A model generated the notes under the pieces. That model made no database searches. It saw nothing but the letters and a program-made list of their open reading frames with translations, and was not told where the DNA came from. From Protoeuglena noctilucae (taxonomy: Eukaryota), in NCBI GenBank assembly GCA_958009085.1, contig OY253680.1:62001-126000 (forward strand): DNA of 64,000 nucleotides, in the 5' to 3' direction. The first letter of the stretch is position 1. The number at the start of each line of letters is the position of its first letter. Shown one piece after another: positions 23,188-35,040 of the stretch. The position numbers were made by a program, and so were the translations under genes.

Positions 23188-26100
23188 CTAGTCCACCGTC
23201 ACCACCACACACTCCTTGGCGACAAAGGCAGCATTTATCACGACAAGCATCCCCTCTAGTTCCTCTGCCAGCGGACTTTTTCTGCCCCTGTCGCCTTCCG
23301 CCACCCCCAGCTCACACAGCGCGCCAAGGGAGAGCCTGAGGGACACGACCGTCTGGGCCGCCAGCTTGCACGGCAAACAAAGGACGTCATCCCTCGTGAA
23401 TGCCATTGAAGAAAACTCTATCTCGGCCGACATTTTGCACACCAGGGCTGGGGGCGTCGCGTGCATGTCCCAGGCATACAGAGTGTTCTCCATGCCGTAA
23501 GCCAGAACGCTGCCGGTCGAGCTCACAGCCATGAACTGCGGAGCGCGGTCAATGGGAGCAGGGACGGCAGCGAAGCCCGCACCTCCGACTTGGAAGGTCC
23601 AGAGGTGGTGCTCTTGCTGTGAAAGGTCAAACTCGTCTCTGTCGTCTCTGCTTCTAGCTGCGACCGCCATCCATCCGCCATCGTAAGACAGTGCTGCGCA
23701 CACGCCCATCATAGCCCTTCCTTTGGGATCGGTGCGAGGCAGCGTCTGCCTGACCTCCCAAGTGGCCGTATCCATTTGCACCAAACTATCGCTGCTGTTC
23801 TGCCACACCCAAGCCTGCTCCCCATCTGGACTCAGGGCGAGGACCGTGCCATCGCTACCTACATCGTCGCCCCACACGACTCTCGCTTCCTCTTCCGAAG
23901 ACGGGACCCAGGCGTACAGAGTGCGCATGATTAGCATGAGGACCTTGTCCCCCCTGGCAAATACGACAGGACGTCTACCCCACCATACCAACTCAAAAGA
24001 CCCCGGCACCTTGGCGCTAGCAACCATCTCCCCTGTCGCCATGTCCCATATCTGCGCCATCCCAGCGTCTGTGACAAGCACGACCCGTGCCTCGTCTGGC
24101 ACTGCAGCCGCAGCTATGATGCCACCAGTCACATGCATCTGCATCTGGCACGCGCGCTGGCCCGTCGGGGCATCCACAACAACCGCTGTGCTCGTAGTGC
24201 CCGAATCACCCTCCCTACTGGAACTCAGCACCAGCAAATGCCCGGTTCCACCGGGCGACAAAAAGACCTCATCGCTCACTACAGCGGCGGCAGCTTTCTC
24301 CCCAACCACGACAGGCTCAACGGACAGCTGGCCAAAAGTAGGCAATGCATCCTATACCAACGTCGTCCCAACAGTTGTGCTGCAAGCAATCTTGCTCCAG
24401 GCAGGGTCCATACATATAGCACCCGGGGCTCCGTTTGCCCGAAACACAGTGCGTACCCCACCCGAAGATGTGTCATGCAAACGCAGCTCGAAACGCTCGT
24501 CGCCCACCATGCTTGCTATGAGCAACAAGGTCCCTTCTGGACTGAAACACACTGGGGTGTCCCTGTCTTCAAGGGGAATTCTTGCCCGCTCTTGCAGCGT
24601 CTCTGCATCATACACAACCGCGCCCTTGGCTGTCCTGGTGGCCACCAGCGAACCAGTGCCGCTGACCCAGGAGCGCACGCCATCTATGGTCCCACGATGC
24701 TCACCCGCCTTCGTGTCCCAGACCAGCACACTCCCGATGGTGGGCACTGCTGCCGTCAACACGGTGCCCGCGACACTGGCTGCGATGCCCAGGTTCGGTC
24801 CAAGCAGCTTATTGTCGTCGTCGTCGTCGTCATCAGGAAAAGCAAGCTCAAGAGACCCCTCCAATTCTGCCCGCAGTTGCCCCGATTGCACGTCGAAAAC
24901 CTGTGCCGAGCTGCCCCGGTGCTTTACAGCCACCCACGTGCCATCTCCGCCCATCATCCCCAGCTGCACGACCAAGGGCGTTCCCACATTGGGTGCACCG
25001 AGTGCACCAGGGACCGCCAGCTCCTGCCACACTCCGGGCACACTCCATTGACAGTACCCTTGCAAAGTGACGGCCCCCACAGCCTTCCCTCCATCCACGA
25101 ACCCGGCATCGTGCACGAAGTCAACATCTTCTTTGAGGGTCTGGCAAACTCCAGAGGCACAGTCAACGATGTGGAGCTCATGTCGAGTCCACATCATCAG
25201 CATAGCCCCGTCGGGACTGAACTGCATCCCTTTCGCCTGGTTGCCGACTGAAGGCACCTCCGTGACCACGGTCAAAGTGCCCGTGATGGTGTCAAAGAGA
25301 CCGACGGTCTCCCTATCCACGACCGCCAGCATGTCGCCCTTGGGCGACAAAGCCGTGACACTCACAAATCCAGTCAGCAGTACTTGCGCCTCCGGGAAGT
25401 CATCCATGGCCCCCACGCGCACCCTGTCGCCCCTCAGCCCCTGACGCACGCAAGCATCCCCAGCAGCGTGCATCCATGTGCCCTTTGGCGCCAACCCCGC
25501 CGCATGGACAGCAAGGCTGGGGTTGTTGACGAGGGCAGCGGAGAAACACCTGGGAGTGACACACAGCATGGAGAGGGTGACGTGAGCTTCATGCGCAGAT
25601 TGCGCCGTGGACGAGCATGTCACCCATCCCCACCGCCGCTAACCTCAGCCACGCCCTCGTCTCCTGCGCCAAGGCGGCCTTGGGATGTGACGCCGTCGTC
25701 AACGCCTGCACCGCCCTCGCCACGTCCCTGACCAGCCGCTGCATCTCCCCCGCCTCCGCACACGCCCGCACGTACCCCAGGCTCGTGCACACCATCGCAA
25801 CCACGTCCAGCTCTCCAGCCTCCTCCGCGTGGTGCAGCGTGTACACGCTGGGATACGCCCCAAGCGTCTCCACCAATGTCCCGCTCCTCCCTCCCACCCC
25901 CGCCGCCTCCACCTTGCGCCCCCACACTGCGGCATGCACCGCGTGGCCCACTCGCACGTCCACGTGCCACCCTGACCCCTTGTCCTCCGCCAGCCAGTCC
26001 ACCACAGACCTGCAAAGCGCGCAAAAGAATGCGTCAGGCCCACTCCTCTGCTCTGCTCTACACGTCACCAGCTGCCGCGCCTCTAGCAACGCACGCTCAC

Positions 26101-29100
26101 TTGTGGAAGGGCCGCACGCGCCCGTCTGCACCCACAGGGAACAGGCTGCCCATGGCCCCCAGCACGCGCCCAGCAACGCCCGCGTCCTCCTCGCCGTGCT
26201 GGACCAGCTCCTGCAGCTCCGACAAGCTCAGCGGCTCCACTGCCGCCACCAGCGCCGGCAGCACCCGCGCCCGCACCACCTGCACGTCCCGCTCCGACAG
26301 CGCCCTGAACTGCCTGTCGAAGTACTCCTTGTACAGCGCCCGGTGCCCCTCCGGGAGATCCCCCACCGCCATGTTGGCCACCCCGCCCTCCACCTTTGCC
26401 CCCACCTCCCGCTGCACCATGCCCACCAGCGCCGCCACGTACGCGAACACCCCCGCGCTCTTCCCCTCCAGCGCCTCCACCACCGCGCCCCTCTCCTCCT
26501 CGCTCAGTCCCTCGCTCCTCAGGCTCCCCCGGATGTACGCCCGGATGTCCTCGCGGTTGCGCTCCTCGCTCGGCTCCAGCGTGAAGGGCTGGAACCGCGC
26601 CACCTGCCGCACGATGTAGTCCTCCGGCCGCGACGTCACCAGCACCCGCACCCACCCTGGCAGCTCCCCCACGCACCCCGACAGCACCTGCAGCACCCCG
26701 TTGCTGCGTGCGTCCGTCCCCGCCTCGTCCACTGCGTCGATCACCAGCACCACTGGCGCCTTTTCCCAAGCAACGCCCTTCAGCGGCCCCACCACCAGGC
26801 TGCGGGGGGGGCAGGGTTGACGTCGATGGGGGTGTTCAAGCACACTTGGATGACTGGTCCCCACACGTGCCATCCAGTGCGCATCCAACTTACCTCCGGA
26901 ACCAGTCCATGGCCGTGCCGTTCAGGTCCAGCCCCCGCAGCCCCTCCTCCACCGCCGCCGCTGCCTCGGGCACTGCCTCCGCCACCTGGTACGCCAGCGA
27001 CTGCACCATCACCCTCGCGTCCGTCCTCGACTCGTCCCCTGCCCGGCAGAAGTGCCCCCCCAGCAGCCGCCCGGCCTTGTGCAGCTCCAGCGCCACGTGC
27101 GCGGTGAACGCCGTCTTGCCCATGCCTGCGATGGAGCAAGGGGGGCGTAGCATCAGATTTGACTTGTCATCCAGTGTCATAACACATGATGCAGCCCTTC
27201 GCTCGCCTGGAAGGGACAGCAGCAGGAAGACATTGCCGGAGCGGTCCGCCTTGCCCCCCGGAGTCGCCTTGCCATCCACCCACGCCATGACCTCCTCGGC
27301 CAGCCACCCGCGCGTCCCCACCTGCGAAACAAACTTGACCCGACGATCAGGTCAACGCAAACACCCCGACGTCGGCCCTTCCCACACGTTTGCGGCCATG
27401 CACTCTCGCTCACCATGAAGCCCGCCTCGCGCAAGTCGACATCGTGCAGGAAGTCGTGGTGCTTCAGCAGCTTGGCAAGCTCCTCCAGCGACCCTCCCGC
27501 TGCCTCAGCCTTCTCCTCCCCTCTCTCCGTGGCTTGCGTCACGGCTGCCGCCAGGTTCCTGGCGCTCGCGCGCTTGCCCGCCCCGCCCTGTGCCCCGCTC
27601 CTGCCCTTGCCCGCGGTGTTCACGTGCACGTACCACAGCACGTCCCGGAACCGCACGCTGCCCCACTCCAGCTTGCCCCTGCGCTTGGCACCCTGCGCCA
27701 GCTGGTACAGGTTCTGCGCCTGCAGCCTGTCCGTCGGCGCCAGCATCCGGTGCAGGTCCGTCTGCACGAACTCGGCCAGCTCAGGCGGCGAGAGCGTCTC
27801 CTGGTACCACCGCGCGGCCTCCTCCAGGATCGGCAGCTCGTCGTTCAGAAGCGCTATCTCAAACACGCCCCACTCCATCTCCGCCGCCACGTGCGCGAAC
27901 CCCTCGTCCTCGTCCACCCACAGCCGCCGCAGCTCCCCCGGCAGCTTCTTCACCTCCTGCGGCTCCGCATCCAGCACCTGCCCGATCTTGCGCTCCAGCG
28001 CCTGCAAGCCCCTGTCCATGCGCTCCCCCAGCGCCGCCACCTGCTCCCCCACGTTCTGCACCAGCCCCGCCAGCACTTGCTCTCCCGGCGCCAGCAGCCC
28101 AAACACCGTGTCCACCCTGTCCCGGTCGGCCAGCACCGCCCGCAGCTGCCCTGGCGACGCGTCCTCCAGCCGCGTTGCACCGACCTCCTGGGCCAGCCTA
28201 TCCGCCAGAGTCCTGCTCGAGAGCAGGTTGCCGCCCTCCACCGCCGCCCGGATCTCTTGCACCCCGTGTAAAGCCTGGACCTGCATGGCCGCCGTCAGGA
28301 CCCCCACCTGCGCCAGCACCTTGCTCGCCAGCTCCTGCAGCCCGTCCATGTCGCCCCGCGCCTGCAGGAACCGCCCCAGCCACGTCCGGTCCTCCACCTG
28401 CTGCACCAGGCCCGCAGCCTCCTCCATCAGCCCTGCACGCAGCAGCGAGACGGGGGATCGGCGAGTCATACTGCACAGTCCCTTCATTCGCACGAATCCA
28501 TCTGATTCCGCCGCTCTCTCCGCACCCCTGAGCTCCTCCAGCGCCCTCGTGTGCTTGCTCAGCACCTTGTGCGCGCCCACCACCACCTCCATCACCCCCG
28601 CCACCACGCGCTTGAAGTCCTCCACTGCTGCCCTCACCGACACCGCCTGCGGAGCGACGGCAGGGGCGCTCGTTTCTCGTTTGCACCGCCAGTCGGCTCA
28701 CGGCACGTGCTTCGAGCAGCCACCATCGCCCTTACCTCGGCGATGCCGGCCATGACCCTTGACGCCACCTCCGCCAAGGGCCCCACCATGGGCGCCCTCG
28801 CCAGCACCTCCATCGCCTGCATGCCGCCCCTGGCCAGGATCCGCAGCACCTCCCCCGTCACGCTGTTCTTCTGCGGCGTGGCGCATTGCAAGCACGATTG
28901 CTCACAAGCTCGCGGGGCGAAGCGCAGTCGCGCATGCGGCTGCAGCGGTCACCTGCAGCAGGGTCACGATCGCAGGGGACAGCGGCGCCACTGTGTCCCA
29001 CATCTTCTGCGGAAGCGAAGATAAACTGACTGGCGTCGAATGTGCTCACGCGGCCTTTGCCAGGTAAAACCAGCCACGCCTGCACCAACCTGCAGTTCGG

Positions 29101-29157
29101 CCACGCGGCCTTGCCAGCCCTCTTGCGCGGCCACAGCGCGTTCCGCAAGAGACTCAT
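23188..29157 (-). CDS. NLR-like STAND protein: helical N-terminal domain + NACHT NTPase + WD40-like repeats, with an in-frame TAG at 24352-24354
   Basis: Motifs VGTRGWLAEEV, Walker A SLPG|MGKT, GGHFC..DARVMVQSLAYQ, Walker B VVLVIDAVDEA, RVLVTSRPE and winged-helix PFHKSVVDWL. Beta-propeller repeats follow (LSPKGD, FSPDGA, VWDTK, IWDMATGE, LSPDGE). Confidence 0.85.
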
Positions 29158-29747
29158 GGTCTCCAGACACCGCGGAGCCCTGCGCGGACAAAGAAGACGA
29201 AGAAGCAGGGCGGTTGGAGGTCGCTTCACACATGTGATGTAATTAGCTGAGGCATGGACACAGGGGTCGCCCTACTTGATGTCAGAAGCCTCTGACCTGC
29301 TTATCGTTTACGACTTTATCCGGTGCAGCTCCTCCGGACGCGTTTCCGCCCCGCGCTCGCTCTCCGGGCCTGCTTTCCTCGCTCGCATCTCCCGCCGCTG
29401 GCTTGCTCGCCCCGCAGCCCATCGGGCCTATCGCTTTGTGTTGCCTGCGGCAGATGATATCGCTTGCTTATTTTGAGCTCGCTTATGCCGAGGGAGCCCC
29501 GATAGACAAAGAATAACTTACCTTTAGACCCCAAGCTCTGCTTGACCTGCACAGTGGCGGGGACACCGTTGCAAAGGCTTGGGCGTTGAAGAGCGTCCTA
29601 GGAGCGTGGCGCGCAGGCGTCCCAGTCCGTGCCGCGCCCTTGTGCACGAACGAGCCACAGCAAATGTTTGGCCCATAGCTGCAGTGACCTGTGCGGGACG
29701 GCAACAAATTCACAATCATCGGGAAAACCGCGAGTCTGGCGTCAGTA

Positions 29748-29829
29748 GGATCATCCCCGTGATACCCAGGAATCGTGGGGATCATCCCGCTGATCCCGGG
29801 GTATCAGAGGGATCATCCCAGTGATCCCA
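29748..29829. repeat. Three ~31-bp tandem units beginning GGATCATCCC (candidate transposon subterminal repeats)
   Basis: GGATCATCCC occurs at 29748, 29779 and 29810, each followed by NN-TGAT(A)CCC. Confidence 0.8.
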
Positions 29830-31138
29830 CTGACGACACAGACTGTAATGTAAACCCTCATTGAGCCCAGTGATTCCAGCCGCGCGCCCGATCTCCCTGG
29901 GGAGGCCGTTTTACGCGGCGCGGTTACGGCCACGGCGCACCCGGGATGCGAGAGGCCGCTGGGAGCAGTTTCGCGGCATTTCGTCGTGGTCGGGGATCGC
30001 GGGGAGCGGGGCCCACTCGGGAGCGCAGCGGCGCCGGAAGCGTTAGCCGAGGCTATCCCGCCGCCTATCTTCCTTCTCGGCCGCGATCAGACCTATCTTG
30101 ATCGCGATCGGACGCATCTTTTGGGCACGCGCGCTCCGGGGCCCGCGCGGCCCGGGGGGCTCCGTTCGGCCCGTAATCGCTCCCTAGCGTAGCTATTGGT
30201 ATTTCAATCCCTACGCCGAGGTTACATGACCATCCGTGACGCTCTAGGCAACGCACTCATGCACGCACATGCAGCCGGACTCGGGCGGCCGCAGGCGCGA
30301 CGGGAGCGCGCAGCGACCACCGCCAGAGGCACCGACCGCTTGTCCCGGACGCTGCCGCTCCATCGGGGAGCGGCGCTCCGGCACTCGGGCCAGGCACTCG
30401 GGAGATGGTGGCGTGCGCGACTCCGCCGTGCCGACGGCCGCCCCAGGAGTCGATGACCACCGCTGCGGGGCGCCGCGGACGCCAGACGACAGACAAGGGG
30501 CATGGGTCGGCGGACGAGCCATGGCGGGCCCGGCCAGCACCCGACCAGCGCCGGAACTTGGGACGAGGTGGCACGTGCGCCTGCGTGCTTGTTAGGCGAA
30601 GTTAGAGTCAGTCTCGGGGTGAGAGAGTGCAGGCACGGTGCCAGGTACAGTCAGCAAGTACAGAGATACCACGCTGGCGGACCAGCCCTTCGTCCCTCCC
30701 AGCCAACCAACCCCCCCTTGCACACCTGACCGTGTCGCAGACCCCACCGGTAGCGCAGCAGACCAACCGCGCACCTCGGGGACAGCGACAATGTCCGACC
30801 TGATCTAGTCATGCGTATGCTGCATCTCACCTCACGGGAGCTGGCCCCTCCCCTCCCCAGCCACGTCAGCACACCTCGCAGATGGCTCAGCAGCAGGCTG
30901 CACTCTCACCCTAGAGAGGGACGATGATCCAGCGCTGTTCGCACCAGCAGCGCCGAGCCTCGCCTGTGCGCGGTGCTGTCGCTGCAGCCCTGCAATCCAC
31001 CCCCGCTTGCCTGGAGGACTGACGACCCCTGAGCCTGCCTGACCCACAGAGCGCGCGCTGGACTTTCCTCACCTCCGCTTCCACGCCCTCACCATGCCCG
31101 CCTTGAACCCTGCATCGCAACCTGCGCTGCAGCTCACC

Positions 31139-34100
31139 ATGCTCGAATGCGACGCGTGTGGAACGCAATTCGATACCCCGGCCAAGCTCGCCCGGCATCA
31201 GCAAAGATGCCCTGCGCTGTGGGGCTGGAGATATGGCGAGGAGAGCCGCCAGGAAGCACCCCGCCCCGCCGCCCCACACGAACACTATGTCTCTCCGTCT
31301 CTGCGAGGCTCGGACGGGCTGGCACGCGACAGCGCCAGCGCGGGACCAGACCAAGAACTGCGGGAGGAAGACGGGACGGCGGACGTTGCTGCGGGCAGTG
31401 ATGGCGAGAGCGAAGATGTAGGACTCGCGTGGCTCCACTACGCCGACACGGACGTGGACATGGACGTGGACATTGACTCGGAGAGGGGTGAACCGCCCGA
31501 GAGCGCCGGAGCGCATGATGCGCCCCAAGAGGACGCTCCTGGAGTCTCCTACCTTCCTGCGCCCGGGGAGTACGAACCGCTGAAGCTGCCGGAGGACCTG
31601 GAGGCATGGCGGGCCAGGAGCAGGGACAGTGACGATGAGTACCTGAGCCAACTTGAAGCAGGGGCGCAGTTCATGGCATCGCTGACGGCAGCGCATTTCG
31701 ATTGCTTCGTGAAGCTGCGCCCCGACATCCGCGACGACCTTCTCGACCTCGGGCGCTCCCACCGCACGTTCCACACCTCACTCAACAGCATCCATGGCCA
31801 GTACGAGGTGCGTCACGCCGCGGTGCCGCTTGTGTCGAGGGCCTCGGACGCGGCCGAGGGGGCTGACGCCAACCAGTGCACGCACGGCCTGCAGGTTTTG
31901 CAAGAGGAGGGCAGCACAACCATCATCTACCAAACGATAACGGTGCTGAGGGACATGCTGGTGCACGCGGAGCAGATCAAGCCCAAGACGCTCGTTAAGT
32001 TGATGCGAGACTTCAGCGAGGCACGGGAACGGTCACGCCAGGCGCGGGCGAGACCACATGAGACGCATCCCAGCATCCACGAGAAGCTCACCTTCTCCCG
32101 GGCGAAGGGGTATAGCGACATAGCCGAGGCTGTCGCTGGCAAAGTCCGCCCCGAGCTGCACGCCCGGCTGCTCCTCGTGCCCGTCGCGTACAGCATCGAC
32201 GGGGTGGAGATGACCAAGGGCGCATCGACGACGCCCATCCACATGCACCTCCTGTCGCCTTGCAAAGCCGTGAGGACAGGGACGCCGCGAACCGTGGCCA
32301 CCGTCGAGTCCATGAAGGCGAGAGGAGGATTGCCGGCGTTGCAGCCCACACGTCCACCACCACGCCGCGTGTATGAGTTGTCGCTCGAGGCCCCCGCAGG
32401 TGTCCGGGATCACTCCGGGGTCACAGGCAGACCTGAACAACAGAGAGGCCATCCAGCGGCGGCTGGCTGCCGTGGACCGGCAGCTGATTGGCGTGGCGAG
32501 GTCCGGTGGGGTGTGGATGACCCTCCCCGACGTCGGGAGAGTCATCGTCTTTCCCGTCTTGGCGGCGCAGCTGAACGACATGATGGCCAACTCGTCCACG
32601 CTGGCCGTCAGGTCGTGCCCGCTGTGCCTCCAGGATGACTGCCGCACGCCTCGCACCGTCGCGCTGCATCGCCTCCAGGTGCAGCACATCCTGCGCTTGA
32701 GGAGGGACGTGGGGACGGCCAGGGCCAACGAACAAGCCAGGGAGAGCAAAATTCATCCTGTGGTTCCTGCCCTGTCGTACTGGGACGAGTTCGGGTCGGA
32801 CTTGTATCAGGGCCAAGCACCTGACCCCATGCACACCGTGGAACTGGGAATGTTGGGCAAGACTGTTCCCTTCTGCATACTGACCGTCCTCTACAACAAC
32901 GCGGCAGCGGGAGAGTCTGCGACAAAGGCAAACGCCCTCTTGGCTGCGTTCGCATCGATCATTGCGGATGCCAAGGTGAGCTGCAGGTCAGGCAATGGCG
33001 TGCGTTGCCTGCAGTGGCGCCGCAGCTGCTCGGTATTCACCTGGCATGTCCATCGTCGTGTGGGTGGAGCGCAGGCCCCGGCATGGATCCACGCCCGTCC
33101 GTGGGGCGAGACCTTCCAGATCGTGCTGAGCCTCGTGGACCCGTTTGGGAAGATAAAGGCGTACGAGGCGAGGTTCTTGATCCAAGCTCTGCCTTTCGCC
33201 CTCGTCGAGCTCTTCTCTCGAGGCGAGGCCGACAGTCAGCGCTGCGAGGGCATCGGGAGGAGTTGCGGGTATCGCGATGCGGGCCGGGGAACCCCGGGAG
33301 TGTTTCCCCACCACCACATCCCTTGCAGAGCCTACGGGCAGCAAAGACGTGCACGACGAGAGGGTTGGGCTCGTGGCCGTAGCCCTGGCATGCCTTCAGC
33401 TCTATGCCGAATGGTCCCTGGAGAGCGCCACCATCGCAGGGGCGCAGGCGGCGGACGCGCAGCTGAATAAGGTCCTCCACGTGAGGCCTTCTCCAACACC
33501 AGCCCCATCGTTCGCTGCCCCTTACTCACTCTGGAAGCCTTGTCGCTGCCGTGTCGCCGCAGGTCGTGCTCAAGACGCTGCTGCGTGGCCACGAAATCGT
33601 CCGCACGGAGAAGCCCCTCTTCAGCAAGATCGAGAACAGCCAGAAGTGCCACGCGCTTTCGCATTTCCCTGCAGTGGTGGCGAGGAACGGCTCCATCATG
33701 TTGGGCAGCATGAACGACGCCGAGCGCATGCACAAGCCCATTGCCAACGCGCGCACGAACGGCAAGGGCGACGTGCAGGTACAGGCAAGAAGCGCCGCCC
33801 AGCGTAGGCGACGCGGGGAAGCCCACGCAGGACGCGTTTCTTGCGACTCACACGTCTCGATGCGGTCGCACGGCGCTCGACCCGCGTGCCATGCTGAGCC
33901 GCGCTGGACTGACCCCCGAGCCCTGTCGCAGGCGAGCACCAGCGTCATCTCTCAGAGGGCGGCCTCCGTCATCAAGAGCCGGGCGAGGGCGGAGCAGCCG
34001 GTCCCGTCCCAGCCCGAGGACCAAGTGAAGGGCGTGAAGACCGTCCTGAAGAAGAACGACCTGTGCAGCGAGGGACGCGCGGAAGACTTCGTTTCTAAGG

Positions 34101-34597
34101 CGGACCTCCTGAACGCCCTCAAGGGCGCGGGGCTTCCCTGCCACGTCTTGGGCGAGGTCGCGCTGACCTCCACGGTCGAGATCGGGACGGCCAGCGGGGA
34201 CCGGGCCAGGATCGTCGCCACCGACGAGACCCTGTCCTTCGTCGAGTACCTCCCGGACAGGGGCACGCTGCAGACGGGCAGGGTCGTGTGCGGGGTTGAG
34301 GCGAAGACCAGCTCCGGTGCCGGGACCTTCCTCTGCGCCCTGGTGGCCCCGGTGCACAGGGCCCCATGCGACCTGAGGTACCTGTCCAACCAGTGCTTGT
34401 CGTTCTACACCAACCTGGGAGCGCTGCAGCCTCCCCAGCTGTCGCTCCTGGAGCCTGCGGAGGGCGAGGCTCTGAAGTGCGTGCCCCTCCGCAACCTTCG
34501 GCGGCAGCTTCACGCCGTGAAAGTTGCTGGGAAGCTTTTTCACTGCGGCCACGTGCAGCAGGTCTGGGAGCACCACGCCAGCGGCGGCGAGGAGTAG
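31139..34597 (+). CDS. Plavaka-like DDE transposase, multi-exon, with an N-terminal zinc finger
   Basis: Motifs CDACGTQF..LARHQQRC, VPVAYSIDG (D1), GVWMTLPDVGRVIVFPVLAAQLND..CPLC (D2), PDPMHTVELGMLG and KCHALSHF..GS..AERMHK (E). About six introns splice in frame. Confidence 0.75.
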
Positions 34598-34840
34598 GTG
34601 ACCCCAGGAGCTCCCCGATGCTCGCGGTGCCAGGTCCCCGACGCCGGCGATGTCATCTGTATCGAGATAATTCTCCGAAGCCAGCCCCGCGCCCCCATCC
34701 GCAGCGCCATGACGGCGGGGACGGCTCACCTCCCATGCAGCAGCCACCTCCGTGCGGCGTAGCCGGCAAAGGCGCCGCAGCTAGCGAGATTTAGGTCACC
34801 TCAATCCATAGGCCAAGCGCTGCGTGCCCGATCGCGGCCG

Positions 34841-35040
34841 NNNNNNNNNNNNNNNNNNNNNNNNNNNNNNNNNNNNNNNNNNNNNNNNNNNNNNNNNNNN
34901 NNNNNNNNNNNNNNNNNNNNNNNNNNNNNNNNNNNNNNNNNNNNNNNNNNNNNNNNNNNNNNNNNNNNNNNNNNNNNNNNNNNNNNNNNNNNNNNNNNNN
35001 NNNNNNNNNNNNNNNNNNNNNNNNNNNNNNNNNNNNNNNN
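34841..35040. other. Assembly gap (200 N)
   Basis: A run of N hides the HRD1 3' end and possibly the transposon right end. Confidence 1.

Larger units (their letters stand above)
29740..34840 (+). mobile_element. Putative Plavaka/CMC-superfamily DNA transposon (boundaries uncertain; right end may lie in the gap)
   Basis: Contains the transposase gene, left-side GATC-rich repeats, and CGGCCGCGATC at 30078 inverted at 34830-34840, directly against the gap. No TIR or TSD confirmed. Confidence 0.55.

Noticed and set aside
29550..29580. CACAGTG (Transib/RSS heptamer) near the element
   Set aside because: No nonamer and no matching inverted end. A 7-mer is expected by chance.
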